Made by a program: the position numbers and the translations under genes. The notes below the pieces were generated by a model. The model searched no databases, was not told where the DNA came from, and worked only from the letters and a program-made list of their open reading frames with translations. Shown piece after piece: positions 37,009 through 47,938 of a stretch of 64,000 bases of DNA; the stretch's first letter is position 1; each line of letters starts with the position of its first letter. The stretch spans positions 608,001 through 672,000 of the forward strand of contig CAVQBK010000003.1 of assembly GCA_963710755.1 (NCBI GenBank). Direction: 5' to 3'. The DNA comes from an uncultured bacterium. Lineage in GTDB: Bacteria > Oederibacteriota > JAAXVQ01 > JAUVAV01.

Positions 37009-38892
37009 TTGAAAAAAGATTTCCGCACCTACATGAAAGACCATGTCGTGCTTTTTGACGGCGCCATGGGCACCATGCTGTACAAAAAAGGGGCCTATAT
37101 CAATCAATGCTATGAAGGACTGAATCTCACTGCCCCCAAGATGGTCAGTGATATCCACGAGGAATACATCAAGGCCGGGGCGGATGTAATCGAGACCAAT
37201 ACCTATGGCGCCAATGGCTACAAGCTCAAGGGCTACGGGCTGGATAAAAAAGTAGTGGAGATCAACCAGGCGGCCGTGAGTCTGGCTCAAGATGCGGCCG
37301 GAGAAAATCATTGGGTGGCCGGGTCCGTAGGGCCTTTGGGCGCCTACTTGAAACCGCGCGGGCCCATTGCCTTCGAAGAAGCCAGGCAGTTGTTTACGGA
37401 ACAGCTCAAGGCCCTGATCGAGGCCGGGGTGGATGTGATCATCCTGGAGAGCTTTGTGGACACCAATGAATTGAAGCTGGTGGTGGAGATCATCCGCAGC
37501 CTCAGCGATCTGCCTATTATTGCCCAGGGCACATTCAACGAAAAAAACGAGACCGCCATCGGCACCACGGTTGAAACCTTTATCTGCGAGATTGGGGCGC
37601 TCGACATTGATGTCATTGGCTTTAACTGTTCCACCGGACCGGCACCCATGATCGGGCTTTTAGAAAAAGCAGTGACCCTGACCAATAAACCCCTTTCCTG
37701 CATTCCCAATGCCGGGTTTCCCAAAGTGGTGGAAGGCCGCTACATGTACCTGGCTTCCTCGGAATACATGGCGGAGTATGCCAAACGCTTTATTCAAACC
37801 GGCGCCCGCGTGGTGGGCGGATGCTGCGGTACCGGGCCCAAGCATATCAAAGCCATGCGCAGTGCCATCCGCGCGCTCTTTCCGGGCAAACAGGATTCGG
37901 AAGTAGGGGCTGTGTGTGTGACCGAAGGCGCGGGCGATGGACAACCAGAAACCCCCATGGCCGATAAAAGCAATTTTGGCAAGAAACTGGCGACCGGAGC
38001 GTTTGTGACCTCCATTGAAATAACACCGCCGCGCAGCGCTGATCCTGCAGGCGTACTGGAAAAATGCCGCTATCTCAAAGCCCACGGCATTGATGCTGTC
38101 AATATTCCCGACGGTCCCCGGGCGTCGGCCCGCCTGTCGCCTCAGGTGCTGGCCATGCTGGTAGAAAAGGAAGTGGGCATTGAGGCCGTGCTGCACTACA
38201 CCTGCCGCGACCGCAACATCATTGGCATGCAGTCGGACTTGCTGGGCCTGCATGCGGCCGGCATACGCAACCTGCTGATCATCACCGGCGACCCGCCCAA
38301 GGTGGGCGACTATCCCGAGGCCACGGCGGTTTTTGATGTGGATTCCATCGGCCTGACCAAAATTGTCTCTGGTCTTAATCATGGCCAGGATGTAGGCGGC
38401 AATCCCATTCCCCAAGCCTTGTCCTTTTTAAAAGGCGTTGGGGTTAATCCGGGGGCTATCAACCTGGAGCAGGAGATCGAACGCCTTCGTCAGAAGATTG
38501 AGGCCGGTGCGGAGTTTGCCATTACCCAGCCGGTGTTTGATCCGGAGATATTTTTACGCTTCAAGGAAAAGATCAAGGACATGACTATTCCCATCATTGC
38601 CGGGGTATGGCCGCTCATGAGTTACAAGAACGCCGAGTTCATGAATAATGAAGTACCCGGCGCCACGGTGCCTGAGCCGATCCTGGAGCGCATGCGCCAA
38701 AAAGGCAGCGGACCTGACGCACAGCAAGAAGGCGTGCTTATTGCCGGAGAAGCACTGCAACTCATTAAGGCCCATATCGCGGGTGTGCAAGTCTCGGCTG
38801 CCTTTGGCCGGGTCGATCTGGCGGTGGACGTCATGAAGGCCGGTGGCATTGACTTGGACAGTGGGGATGCGGAAAAGCCGCTTTCTGAATGA
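37009..38892 (+). CDS. yitJ: Bifunctional homocysteine S-methyltransferase / methylenetetrahydrofolate reductase
   Basis: FDGAMGT; GFNCSTGP; GGCCGT; EITPPR; HYTCRDRN; ITGDPP; ITQP; TTG start after GGGAGG. Confidence 0.88.
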   Translation: MKKDFRTYMKDHVVLFDGAMGTMLYKKGAYINQCYEGLNLTAPKMVSDIHEEYIKAGADVIETNTYGANGYKLKGYGLDKKVVEINQAAVSLAQDAAGENHWVAGSVGPLGAYLKPRGPIAFEEARQLFTEQLKALIEAGVDVIILESFVDTNELKLVVEIIRSLSDLPIIAQGTFNEKNETAIGTTVETFICEIGALDIDVIGFNCSTGPAPMIGLLEKAVTLTNKPLSCIPNAGFPKVVEGRYMYLASSEYMAEYAKRFIQTGARVVGGCCGTGPKHIKAMRSAIRALFPGKQDSEVGAVCVTEGAGDGQPETPMADKSNFGKKLATGAFVTSIEITPPRSADPAGVLEKCRYLKAHGIDAVNIPDGPRASARLSPQVLAMLVEKEVGIEAVLHYTCRDRNIIGMQSDLLGLHAAGIRNLLIITGDPPKVGDYPEATAVFDVDSIGLTKIVSGLNHGQDVGGNPIPQALSFLKGVGVNPGAINLEQEIERLRQKIEAGAEFAITQPVFDPEIFLRFKEKIKDMTIPIIAGVWPLMSYKNAEFMNNEVPGATVPEPILERMRQKGSGPDAQQEGVLIAGEALQLIKAHIAGVQVSAAFGRVDLAVDVMKAGGIDLDSGDAEKPLSE

Positions 38893-40316
38893 ACCCATCG
38901 GCCAAGACCATACAATCACTGGAAGCCATAATTCAACCGGTATTACAAAGGCTATTGCCCCGCAAAGGCCGGCTGGTGGTGGGTGTTTCCGGAGGGGCTG
39001 ACTCCATGGCCTTGCTTACGCTGCTGGTGCACTTGCTGCCCAGGCCGCAGGAGCGTTTGATAGTGGTACACGTCCATCATGGCCTGCGCGGCCGCAGCGC
39101 TGATCTGGATCTTAAACTGGTGGAGCAAACAGCGCAGCGCTATGGTCTGGTCTTCCGGGCTTTTCATGGCGATGTGGCGGCTGAAGCCAAAAGACAAAAA
39201 AAATCTTTGGAAGACGCCGGCCGTCTGCTGCGGCAACGCTGCTTTATGGACGTTGCCGCCAGCAATCAGGCCAAGGCTGTGCTGCTGGCTCAACACCAGG
39301 ACGACCAGGTGGAAACATTTTTAATGCGCTTGCTGCGCGGGGCCGGCCGCCAGGGCCTGAGCAGCATGCCGGCCAAACGGCCTTTTCCCCATCCTCAGGC
39401 GCCGTCAGGGCTGTGGCTCATCCGGCCGCTGCTGAAGGTGTCCAAAGCGGACTTGGAACACTACCTGGTAACGCAGCGGCAGCGTTGGCGCCGCGACACC
39501 AGCAATGATCAGCTTCATTTTACCCGCAATCAGCTTCGCCATCAGTTGCTGCCTTTACTTGAAAAAACCTACAACCCTCAGATTAGAGCCACCTTGGCCC
39601 AAACCATGACCAGTTTGGCCTTAGAGTCTGATTTTATTAACCTTGAAATTCAAAAAAAACAACGCCAAGTGGTATCTGTCCTCACGACACAAAAGGCCAC
39701 CGTGGATTTGAAAAAATTCAAGCGCCTTCATCCTGCATTGCAGTGGGGGCTATTAAGCTGGCTCTGGGATAATCTCCATCTGCCGGCCAAGTCGCACCGA
39801 CATCTGCAGCGGTTGATGACGGCCTGCCATCAAGGTCATGCTGGCTTGGCTTTGCCCGGCCAATGGCAGGCCCGAAGTGACCAACAAATCTTGCATATGA
39901 AAGCGCTGCAGCCTGAGAAAAAGACTCATCAAGAACCAGTGCTACTTAAAACGGGTCAAACTAAAATTTCATTGCCCGGTTTCACCGTAACCGTGGCCAC
40001 CATGGCTGTTACTGCATCTGTACCCAAAAAGCGTGGCAGCAATACGGTAATGATTGACAGTAGCTGTGGGAAGCACTTGCAAGTGCGATCGGTGTGGCCG
40101 GGCGACAAAATGCAGCCTATGGGCATGAACGGCCAGGTTAAGGAAGTTCGCAAAATCCTTGGTGAGCTTAAGCTCAGCCGTGAGGAACGACAGCATTGGC
40201 CGGTGATCCTTAATAATAAGGAAATTATCTGGGTCTATCGAGGCCCTATCGCAGAATCAGCCAAAATAACTGCCAAGACAAAGGCAGCTATAAAAATCAC
40301 CATCTATCGGCTGTGA
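38889..40316 (+). CDS. tilS: tRNA(Ile)-lysidine synthetase
   Basis: VSGGADSMAL; HHGLRG; HQDDQVET; IRPLL; D.SN....TRN. Confidence 0.93.
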   Translation: MNPSAKTIQSLEAIIQPVLQRLLPRKGRLVVGVSGGADSMALLTLLVHLLPRPQERLIVVHVHHGLRGRSADLDLKLVEQTAQRYGLVFRAFHGDVAAEAKRQKKSLEDAGRLLRQRCFMDVAASNQAKAVLLAQHQDDQVETFLMRLLRGAGRQGLSSMPAKRPFPHPQAPSGLWLIRPLLKVSKADLEHYLVTQRQRWRRDTSNDQLHFTRNQLRHQLLPLLEKTYNPQIRATLAQTMTSLALESDFINLEIQKKQRQVVSVLTTQKATVDLKKFKRLHPALQWGLLSWLWDNLHLPAKSHRHLQRLMTACHQGHAGLALPGQWQARSDQQILHMKALQPEKKTHQEPVLLKTGQTKISLPGFTVTVATMAVTASVPKKRGSNTVMIDSSCGKHLQVRSVWPGDKMQPMGMNGQVKEVRKILGELKLSREERQHWPVILNNKEIIWVYRGPIAESAKITAKTKAAIKITIYRL

Positions 40317-40542
40317 TGCCTGAAAAGCTTTGATTTATAATGTCCGAAATGAAGTGGCCAAATTTCCAGAAAAAGTGTTTCATATATTAACAGGATCACG
40401 GAAATAAGTTGCCAGGCCTTCGGGGGTGTGTTACGATAAAAAACCTTAATTATTTCTGGATTTTTAGTAAAATTGACGGTTTTATGACCGATTATTTAAT
40501 CCTAAAGCATGAAAATCACAAGGTTGATTTGGGAGGTCGTTT

Positions 40543-42411
40543 GTGAATAATTCTTTAAAGACCCTTTCGTTTTGGTTGTTCATCTTCGTGATTGTGGTGA
40601 TGGTGGTGAATTACCTTAATTTACCCAACCGGATGGCGCCAAAACAATATACTTATTCCGAATTTTTACAGGATGTGCAGCAAGGGGACATTAGTAAAGT
40701 TCAAATTGTGCAAAAAGGCACGGATGGCAAACAATTAAATGGCATGCGCAAGGATGGCACCAGTTTTACCTTGGTGGCACCCAATGATGATCCCACCATG
40801 TGGCAGGATTTGCATGATCACAAGGTGGAAATTACCAGTAAGTTTCCCCAGGAATCACCCATGCAATGGCTGGCCACCTTCTTCTTTTCTTGGGGACCGG
40901 TCATTGCCTTCATATTATTTTGGCTTTATTACCTGAATAAAATGCAAGGCGGAGCCGGCGGGGCCATGGCCTTTGGCAAGAGCAAGGCCAAGCTGCAAAC
41001 GCCCACCAATAAAGCCAAAATCACCTTTGCCGATGTGGCCGGGGTGGATGAAGCCAAGCAGGATTTGGAAGAAATTATTGAATACTTAAAAGATCCGTCG
41101 CGCTTTCAAAAACTGGGGGGCAAGATTCCCAAGGGTGTGCTGCTGCTCGGGCCTCCGGGCACAGGCAAGACCTTGCTGGCCCGTGCCATTGCCGGGGAAG
41201 CAGGCGTGCCTTTTTTCAGCATCTCCGGTTCGGACTTCGTGGAAATGTTTGTGGGCGTAGGCGCTTCGCGCGTGCGTGACCTGTTTGAACAGGGCAAGAA
41301 AAACGCCCCCTGCATCATCTTCATTGATGAGATCGATGCTGTGGGCCGTCATCGCGGTGCTGGTCTGGGCGGCGGTCATGATGAGCGCGAGCAAACCCTC
41401 AACCAGTTGCTGGTGGAGATGGATGGATTCGAGACCAACTCAGGCGTGATTTTAATTGCCGCCACCAACCGGCCCGATGTACTTGATCCTGCGCTGCTCC
41501 GGCCCGGACGTTTTGACCGCCAGGTGGTGGTGGACCGGCCTGATCTTGGCGGCCGGGTGGGGATCCTGAAAGTGCACACCAAGAAGATTGTGCTTGACCC
41601 TGACGTGGACCTCAATGTGCTGGCCCGACGGACGCCCGGGTTCTCCGGTGCCGACCTGGCCAATCTGGCCAATGAGTCGGCCCTGCTGGCCGCGCGGCGC
41701 AATAAAAAATCTGTCACCATGGCGGAGATGGAAGAAGCCATTGAGCGCGTGCTGGCCGGACCGGAACGCAAGAGCCGGGTGATCTCGGAAAAAGAAAAGA
41801 GGACCATTGCTTTTCATGAATCAGGTCATGCTCTGGTGGCCAAGCTGCTTCCCGGCACTCATCCGGTGCATAAAATTTCCATTATTCCCCGTGGAGCGGC
41901 GGCCTTGGGCTACACCCTGCAACTGCCTACGGAAGACCGCTTCCTCATGATGCGCGAGGAGCTGCTCAATGAGATCGCGATTCTCTTAGGCGGCCGGGCG
42001 GCGGAGGAGTTGGTGTTCAAGGAAATATCCACGGGCGCTTCTAATGATTTGGAACGGGCGACCGAAACTGCTCATCGGATGGTGTGCGAATATGGCATGT
42101 CCTCGGAATTGGGCAACATGACCTTTGGCCGCAAAGACCGGGAAGTGTTCATAGGCAAGGATTTGATGAAAGAGAAAAATTACAGTGAACAGACAGCTCA
42201 GGAAATCGACCATGAAGTGCGTAAGATCGTAACCAATGCTTATGAGCGGGTGAGCGCGCTTTTGAAAAAAAATCAAAGCAAACTGGAAAAGCTGGCGACC
42301 ACGCTGTTGGAAAAAGAGATCATCAGTGGTGATGAGGTGGACACGATCATTAACAGCAAAAGCAAGTCCGCGGCTGCTTCCAAGGGCACGAAAAAAGATC
42401 AGAATATCTGA
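40543..42411 (+). CDS. ftsH: ATP-dependent zinc metalloprotease FtsH
   Basis: Two TM helices; GPPGTGKT; IFIDEID; HESGH. Confidence 0.97.
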   Translation: MNNSLKTLSFWLFIFVIVVMVVNYLNLPNRMAPKQYTYSEFLQDVQQGDISKVQIVQKGTDGKQLNGMRKDGTSFTLVAPNDDPTMWQDLHDHKVEITSKFPQESPMQWLATFFFSWGPVIAFILFWLYYLNKMQGGAGGAMAFGKSKAKLQTPTNKAKITFADVAGVDEAKQDLEEIIEYLKDPSRFQKLGGKIPKGVLLLGPPGTGKTLLARAIAGEAGVPFFSISGSDFVEMFVGVGASRVRDLFEQGKKNAPCIIFIDEIDAVGRHRGAGLGGGHDEREQTLNQLLVEMDGFETNSGVILIAATNRPDVLDPALLRPGRFDRQVVVDRPDLGGRVGILKVHTKKIVLDPDVDLNVLARRTPGFSGADLANLANESALLAARRNKKSVTMAEMEEAIERVLAGPERKSRVISEKEKRTIAFHESGHALVAKLLPGTHPVHKISIIPRGAAALGYTLQLPTEDRFLMMREELLNEIAILLGGRAAEELVFKEISTGASNDLERATETAHRMVCEYGMSSELGNMTFGRKDREVFIGKDLMKEKNYSEQTAQEIDHEVRKIVTNAYERVSALLKKNQSKLEKLATTLLEKEIISGDEVDTIINSKSKSAAASKGTKKDQNI

Positions 42412-42520
42412 GCTAGGCCATAGCCGCCTGGCTTGCCAGCGTCGCGTTGGGGGCGTCCGGCCGGGCGTGTGAAGGGCATTACCCGTTTTCCCAAACCTTA
42501 CCCATCAGAAAGGAAGCTCA

Positions 42521-43393
42521 ATGCAGATGGGGTATCGTCATTTAAAGATAACCTGCGGTCCTTTCCATTTAAACCTGGAACAACGTCCCCATATCATGGG
42601 CATTATTAATTTAACTGATGATTCCTTTTCCGATGGCGGTCAGTACAACACCCCGCAAAAAGCCTTTGTTCAAGCCCGACGCTTAAAAGCCGAGGGTGCT
42701 GATATTCTTGATCTGGGCGCCGAATCCACCCGTCCCGGCGCTAAGCCGGTGAGCGCCCAGCAGGAATTGCAACGGCTGTTGCCGGCGTTCAAGCGCATCG
42801 TGACCCTGGGACTGCCGATTTCCATTGATACCTACAAACCCGAAGTGGCCCGAGCCATGGCGGCCGCCGGAGCCCACATGCTCAATGATGTTACCGGCGG
42901 CCGCAATCCGGAAATGCTGCGGGTAATGGCTCAGGCCAAAGTGCCTGTTGTCCTGATGCATATGCGCGGCACACCGCAGACCATGCAAAAAGCTCCGCGC
43001 TACCACAATGTGGTGGCTGAAGTCAAAGCCAGTCTCAAGTCTGCAGCCCAAGCGGCACTGGCTGCAGGGGTCCTGCCCAGGAACATTATTCTTGATCCTG
43101 GCATTGGTTTTGGCAAAACCCTGAACCACAACCTGCAGCTGATTCGGGAATTGGGGCAGCTGATACGGTTGGGCTACCCTGTTTTGGTGGGTCCTTCCAG
43201 GAAATCTTTTATTGGCAAACTGCTGGGCAATCTTCCGCCGCCGCAGCGAGATTGGGGAACCGCTGCTGCCGTAAGTCTGAGCGTGGCCGCAGGTGCCCAT
43301 CTGTTGCGGGTGCATGCCGTGAGCGCCATGGCGATGGTCAGCCGCGTGGCCGCGGCTATAACCAAAGGCCAAGCCGTTGGAGGTATCCGCTGA
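42521..43393 (+). CDS. folP: Dihydropteroate synthase
   Basis: IMGIINLT.DSFSDGG; GAESTRPG; DPGIGFGK; SRKSF. Confidence 0.96.
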   Translation: MQMGYRHLKITCGPFHLNLEQRPHIMGIINLTDDSFSDGGQYNTPQKAFVQARRLKAEGADILDLGAESTRPGAKPVSAQQELQRLLPAFKRIVTLGLPISIDTYKPEVARAMAAAGAHMLNDVTGGRNPEMLRVMAQAKVPVVLMHMRGTPQTMQKAPRYHNVVAEVKASLKSAAQAALAAGVLPRNIILDPGIGFGKTLNHNLQLIRELGQLIRLGYPVLVGPSRKSFIGKLLGNLPPPQRDWGTAAAVSLSVAAGAHLLRVHAVSAMAMVSRVAAAITKGQAVGGIR

Positions 43394-44166
43394 TGTCGGA
43401 ATGGGCCCACTTTTACCAACCCATCTTGGGTTTTCGTTGGCAGGATGCGGTGGACATCATTTTGGTCAGCTTTATCATTTACCGTATTCTAGTTATGGTA
43501 CGTGACACCAAAGCCATGCAGATGCTTAAAGGCTTCATGGTGCTCATTATTGTGGCTTTTATTGGATCTCAATTTCAGTTTTACACCATTAACTGGCTGA
43601 TTACCAGTTTGTGGGCTGTGTGGTTGATTTCTTTTGTCATTATCTTTCAACCAGAATTAAGACGTATGCTGGTGACCTTGGGTCATCGACGCATGTTTAT
43701 CGGCCTGTTGAAAGAGGAAGAGCGGCTGTATAAGGAGATCACCGAAGCCTGCCGGGTTATGGCGCGCCGGAAAATTGGGGCTTTGATTGTGCTGGAACGG
43801 GATGTTAATTTAAAAAACTATATTGAAACCGGTACGGCCTTGGATGCGGAATTAACGGCCGAGTTGTTGGTTACTATTTTTGTGCCCCGCACGCCTTTGC
43901 ACGATGGGGCGGTACTGATACGTGAGAACCGGCTGGTGGCCGCAGGCTGCATCCTGCCGCTTTCTCAGGAGAGCACTATTTCCAAAAGATACGGCACCCG
44001 TCACCGCGCGGCTATCGGTATCACCGAGGAATCAGACGCAGTGGCAGTGGTGGTCTCCGAAGAGACCCGCAGCATTTCCTTAGCCGTGGGCGGCAAGATG
44101 ACGCCGGCCATTGACCCCCAGACCCTTGAGGAAATGCTGACCCTCTACGGACCCAAGCGAGGCTAA
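43393..44166 (+). CDS. cdaA: Diadenylate cyclase
   Basis: Three TM helices; FQPELRR; PLHDGA; GTRHRAA; VSEET. Confidence 0.95.
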   Translation: MSEWAHFYQPILGFRWQDAVDIILVSFIIYRILVMVRDTKAMQMLKGFMVLIIVAFIGSQFQFYTINWLITSLWAVWLISFVIIFQPELRRMLVTLGHRRMFIGLLKEEERLYKEITEACRVMARRKIGALIVLERDVNLKNYIETGTALDAELTAELLVTIFVPRTPLHDGAVLIRENRLVAAGCILPLSQESTISKRYGTRHRAAIGITEESDAVAVVVSEETRSISLAVGGKMTPAIDPQTLEEMLTLYGPKRG

Positions 44167-44169
44167 CCC

Positions 44170-44610
44170 ATGCGTTATTGGCAGAAACGGCTTAGAAAAG
44201 TAGTCAAAGAAAAATTGCTATCCGACTGGCGCTATAAACTGGCCGCTGTGGCGGCGGCCATGGTGGTTTGGATATATGTCGTGGGCCAGCAATCCATGCA
44301 AGCCGTATTCCGGGTACCTGTCTATTTCCAGAATCTTCCGGTCAGCATGGAAATGGTAAGCCAGAAATTGGAAACCGTTCAGGTCACCATTTCCGGCCGG
44401 CGCGACCGTATCCTGTCACTCAAGGAACGTCAAATCTGGGTGTCCATTGATTTGACCGGCATGCATGCAGGCCGCAACAGTTATAAGATCAACCGCAATG
44501 ATGTGGTGGTACCGGCCGGCATCGAGGTCAAGGATTTCACGCCTAAGAAAATAAAAATCATCCTTAAGACTGTCCAAAAAGAAGAAGCTTCTGAATCAAC
44601 CATTAACTAA
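44170..44610 (+). CDS. cdaR: CdaR/YbbR-like regulator
   Basis: KL.AV..A...WIYV TM then one YbbR-like domain; directly follows cdaA. Confidence 0.8.
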   Translation: MRYWQKRLRKVVKEKLLSDWRYKLAAVAAAMVVWIYVVGQQSMQAVFRVPVYFQNLPVSMEMVSQKLETVQVTISGRRDRILSLKERQIWVSIDLTGMHAGRNSYKINRNDVVVPAGIEVKDFTPKKIKIILKTVQKEEASESTIN

Positions 44611-44650
44611 CTATTGATTTCTGCCGATAGTAACCTGGGCGGGAGCGAGC

Positions 44651-45262
44651 TTGACTGCAGGACTCCCGGTCTTAACCAGGGGTAGTGCCTTGGGGAGCGA
44701 AGAGAACAGTCTAATTTCTGAAGAGGGGTTCGTAGTCGTGGCCATAAGCCAGCCAGATAGGTTGTCAATTTTACAGGCGAGCCGCCTGCCCAAGGGCAAG
44801 CGGCTGAAAACCATTTTAAGCATGCAGCTTTATCCACTGTGGGAACTGATACCCATCGTACGCGAGCATGTTAAAAAGGTGCTGAGCCTCTTGGTCAAGA
44901 ACAACAATATTATTGATAGGATCACGATCGCGGTTTCCGAGTTATTGGAGAACGGGGTAAAATACGCCAGCAGCGGACTGGTTTTTCTGTCCCTGGCTTA
45001 TGCTGATGATCCCAGCCGACTGGTGATCAAGGTGGCCAACAAGAGCAATCTCCATCACGCCCAGGTGTTGAAACAGTTTAAAACCGCGATGGGCAAGAAA
45101 GACCAGCAAACGTTTTATATGCAAAGCCTTAAACAGAAACACCGCCAGCATGGCATGAGCCAAAAAGGCCTTGCCCGCATCAATTATGAAACCGGCGGGC
45201 GTTTAAAACTGACAGTAACTGCAGATCAGTCGGTCCAAATGGAAGTATTATTTTTGATATAG
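44651..45262 (+). CDS. HATPase-type anti-sigma/Ser kinase-like protein (Slr1658/SiaB-like); true start probably further downstream
   Basis: IAVSELLENGVKY N-box; GLARI.YE; paired with a STAS-like gene. Confidence 0.65.
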   Translation: MTAGLPVLTRGSALGSEENSLISEEGFVVVAISQPDRLSILQASRLPKGKRLKTILSMQLYPLWELIPIVREHVKKVLSLLVKNNNIIDRITIAVSELLENGVKYASSGLVFLSLAYADDPSRLVIKVANKSNLHHAQVLKQFKTAMGKKDQQTFYMQSLKQKHRQHGMSQKGLARINYETGGRLKLTVTADQSVQMEVLFLI

Positions 45263-45273
45263 GAGCGTGGATA

Positions 45274-45642
45274 ATGAAAAGTCTGAAAATGAATGATGAG
45301 CGGTACGCACTGTCCCTGAGCAACAATGCCATTACCGTGATGGGAGATATTGATACCCGCAATCCTTATGATGTACTGGGTGTATTTCTCACCCGGGTGC
45401 ACCAAGGGGCTGTTGATGAAAAGGTCCCGGAAATTCATGTGGATGTTAAAAAACTGGGGTTTATCAATTCCATTGGCATCAAAGAGTTCACCACCTGGAT
45501 CATGCAGGTAGATCAGCTGCCGGACCAGGAAAAATATAGAATCAGGTTCATCATCAACCCCGACGTACAATGGCAAAAACTAACCTTTACCTCTTTGAAA
45601 TGGCTGAATGAACGTTATGTGGAATTGAAAGAAGAAAAATAA
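45274..45642 (+). CDS. STAS-like protein (Slr1659/SiaC-like)
   Basis: VDVKKLGFINSIGIK; WQ...SL. Confidence 0.7.
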   Translation: MKSLKMNDERYALSLSNNAITVMGDIDTRNPYDVLGVFLTRVHQGAVDEKVPEIHVDVKKLGFINSIGIKEFTTWIMQVDQLPDQEKYRIRFIINPDVQWQKLTFTSLKWLNERYVELKEEK

Positions 45643-45737
45643 TTTTTCTTTGGGCCCGCTTGTCTTGAGGTTGATCCGCCGGTCCGGCCAAACCTGACCC
45701 TGCTTATCCTTCCGTTATCTTCTTCCCATATTAGGCA

Positions 45738-45766
45738 TTGACGCTCCCAGAGCGCTGGGGTATGAT
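45738..45766 (+). promoter_or_regulatory. Sigma-70-type promoter
   Basis: TTGACG-17 nt-TATGAT before the DUF4416-fabH genes. Confidence 0.6.
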
Positions 45767-45799
45767 CTTGCTCGATTCCGGTGACCATAAAAAGGGGCC

Positions 45800-46342
45800 A
45801 TGATGGGTGATATTGTCGTGCCTGAACCAGTACGGCCTTTGGCAGGTTTATTGTGCACAGTACCAGAAGAATTAGCCTTAATCCTCTCAGCGTTAAGCAG
45901 ACTGTGGGGAGCGATCAACCGCCAAAGCCAAGTACAGCCTTTTGCTTATACCCGCTATTATGAATCAGAAATGGGTCCGGATTTATGGCGTCAGTATGTG
46001 GTGTTCGACGGGCTTTTCCCGTCTGAACGCCTGGTGGAGTGGAAGCGCTTGACCAATGATATGGAACAGCGCTTCGGCCTGAACGGCCGCCAGGGACGAC
46101 GGGTGAATATTGATCCCGGCTATTTGGCCCCCGGTAAATTGGTGCTGGCCAGTACCAAGGATTTTGCGCACCGCCTCTATCTGGGTCAAGGTATCTACGG
46201 TGAAATCACCTTAAAAATTGAGAAAAGAAAATTTACCTCCTGGCCCTGGACTTATCCGGATTATGCCGACATGGCGCCCTTTTTTGACGAGGCTTATCAG
46301 GATTATTTAACTGCCCTTAAATCAGCCCGGCCGCAGGGGTAA
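45800..46342 (+). CDS. DUF4416 family protein
   Basis: YY.SEMG..L; RRVNIDPGY...LVLASTK.F.HR.YL..GIY.E; PWTYPDY. Confidence 0.85.
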   Translation: MMGDIVVPEPVRPLAGLLCTVPEELALILSALSRLWGAINRQSQVQPFAYTRYYESEMGPDLWRQYVVFDGLFPSERLVEWKRLTNDMEQRFGLNGRQGRRVNIDPGYLAPGKLVLASTKDFAHRLYLGQGIYGEITLKIEKRKFTSWPWTYPDYADMAPFFDEAYQDYLTALKSARPQG

Positions 46343-46404
46343 TGACCGCTTAGGCGCGGGTTGCAGCATTTAACAGACCAGGAAAAGCGGGAAGGAGAAG
46401 GCAC

Positions 46405-47394
46405 GTGGAAGCATTACGCAATGCAGGTATTGTTGGTACGGGACGCTATATTCCCAGCAAAGTGCTGACCAACCAGGATTTGGAAAAAATGATGGATACC
46501 AATGACGAGTGGATTACCACGCGGGTGGGGATCAAGGAGCGTCATATTGCCGCACCGGAGGAATCCACCTCCACCATGGGGGCAGCCGCAGCCAAGGCTG
46601 CTCTGGCTGATGCCGGCGTGGCTCCGGAAGCCGTGGATTTAATCATCACGGCCACCATCACCCCGGATATGCCCTGGCCGGCCACAGCTTGTTTCATTCA
46701 ACGTGAGCTGGGCGCAGTTAATGCCGCTTGTATGGATTTGGAAGCCGCTTGTACGGGTTTTATTTACAGCTTGGTCTTGGCGAAAAGTTTTATTGCCACG
46801 GGTATGTACAATACCGTGCTGGTGGTGGCCGCGGAAACCCTGTCACGCATCACGGACTGGGAGGATCGCAACACGGCCGTCTTGTTTGGAGATGCCGCCG
46901 GTGCCGCGGTGGTTCAGGCCGTGGGGGAAGACAAAGGCATCCTTTCCAGCTATTTGGGCTCGGATGGCAGCAAAGGTGAATTACTAGAGCTGCCTGCCGG
47001 CGGATCGCGTATGCCGGCGTCCCATCAAACCGTGGAGGAACGACTGCATTATATGAAAATGAGGGGCAACGAAGTCTTCAAATATGCAGCCAAGGCCATG
47101 GCCAGTGCCAATAAAAAAGCGCTCGATGCTGCCGGGATTTCCGTGGAAGACCTGGACTTGCTCATTCCTCATCAGGCCAACATGCGCATTATCGAAGCCG
47201 CGGCCCGGCTCTCCAAGTTACCCATGGAAAAGGTGTATTTGAATATCGCCAAATATGGTAATACCTCGGCTGCCACCACTGCCGTGGCCCTCGATGAAGC
47301 CCGCCGGGAAGGCCGGATCAAAGACGGTTCTCTTTGCCTGCTGGTGGCCTTTGGCGGCGGTTTTACCTGGGGCTCTTGTTTGATGCGTTTTTAA
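46405..47394 (+). CDS. fabH: 3-oxoacyl-ACP synthase III
   Basis: AACTGF; FGDAAGA; PHQAN.RI; GNTSAA; FGGG.TWG. Confidence 0.96.
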   Translation: MEALRNAGIVGTGRYIPSKVLTNQDLEKMMDTNDEWITTRVGIKERHIAAPEESTSTMGAAAAKAALADAGVAPEAVDLIITATITPDMPWPATACFIQRELGAVNAACMDLEAACTGFIYSLVLAKSFIATGMYNTVLVVAAETLSRITDWEDRNTAVLFGDAAGAAVVQAVGEDKGILSSYLGSDGSKGELLELPAGGSRMPASHQTVEERLHYMKMRGNEVFKYAAKAMASANKKALDAAGISVEDLDLLIPHQANMRIIEAAARLSKLPMEKVYLNIAKYGNTSAATTAVALDEARREGRIKDGSLCLLVAFGGGFTWGSCLMRF

Positions 47395-47497
47395 GCCTTT
47401 CCCAGGCTCCTGCACTTATCCTCAACCAGACATCATTTGAATTGTCCGCAGGCACATGCTAAACTAAGAGCAAGACGTTTGGCCTTGGGAGGTCGTC

Positions 47498-47839
47498 ATG
47501 GGAATTTTGAATTACAGGAAATATGCCCGGGTGGAAGTAAATTTGCCCATTCAGCTGGTGCTGCAGGGCCAGACGGCCAAGGCTTATCTAAGCAATGTGA
47601 GTGAGGAAGGGTCCAATCTTATCGCGGAAAAATCCATCCCCGTGGGTACCACCATGGAATTTGACATGCATCTTCCGGATATGCAAGAGCCCACTCATGT
47701 GCGGGCGGATGTGCTCTGGACCAGACCGGTTCAGGATCAAGGCCAAGCCATGTATGCCCATGGGTTGTTATACAACCGCATTTCTCCGGAAGACCGCATC
47801 CGGCTGCATACCTTTATTAACAATGCCATGACCTATTAA
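47498..47839 (+). CDS. PilZ-domain protein
   Basis: RKYAR and NVSEEG c-di-GMP motifs. Confidence 0.85.
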   Translation: MGILNYRKYARVEVNLPIQLVLQGQTAKAYLSNVSEEGSNLIAEKSIPVGTTMEFDMHLPDMQEPTHVRADVLWTRPVQDQGQAMYAHGLLYNRISPEDRIRLHTFINNAMTY

Positions 47840-47938
47840 TTCTGTTGTTGGCCGCCGGTGAAGGGGAGTTGAACTGACTTGCTGTGGTTCTGTTGACCTG
47901 CTACAAGTTAACTATTATTTTTTTACAGGTGATGGTGA

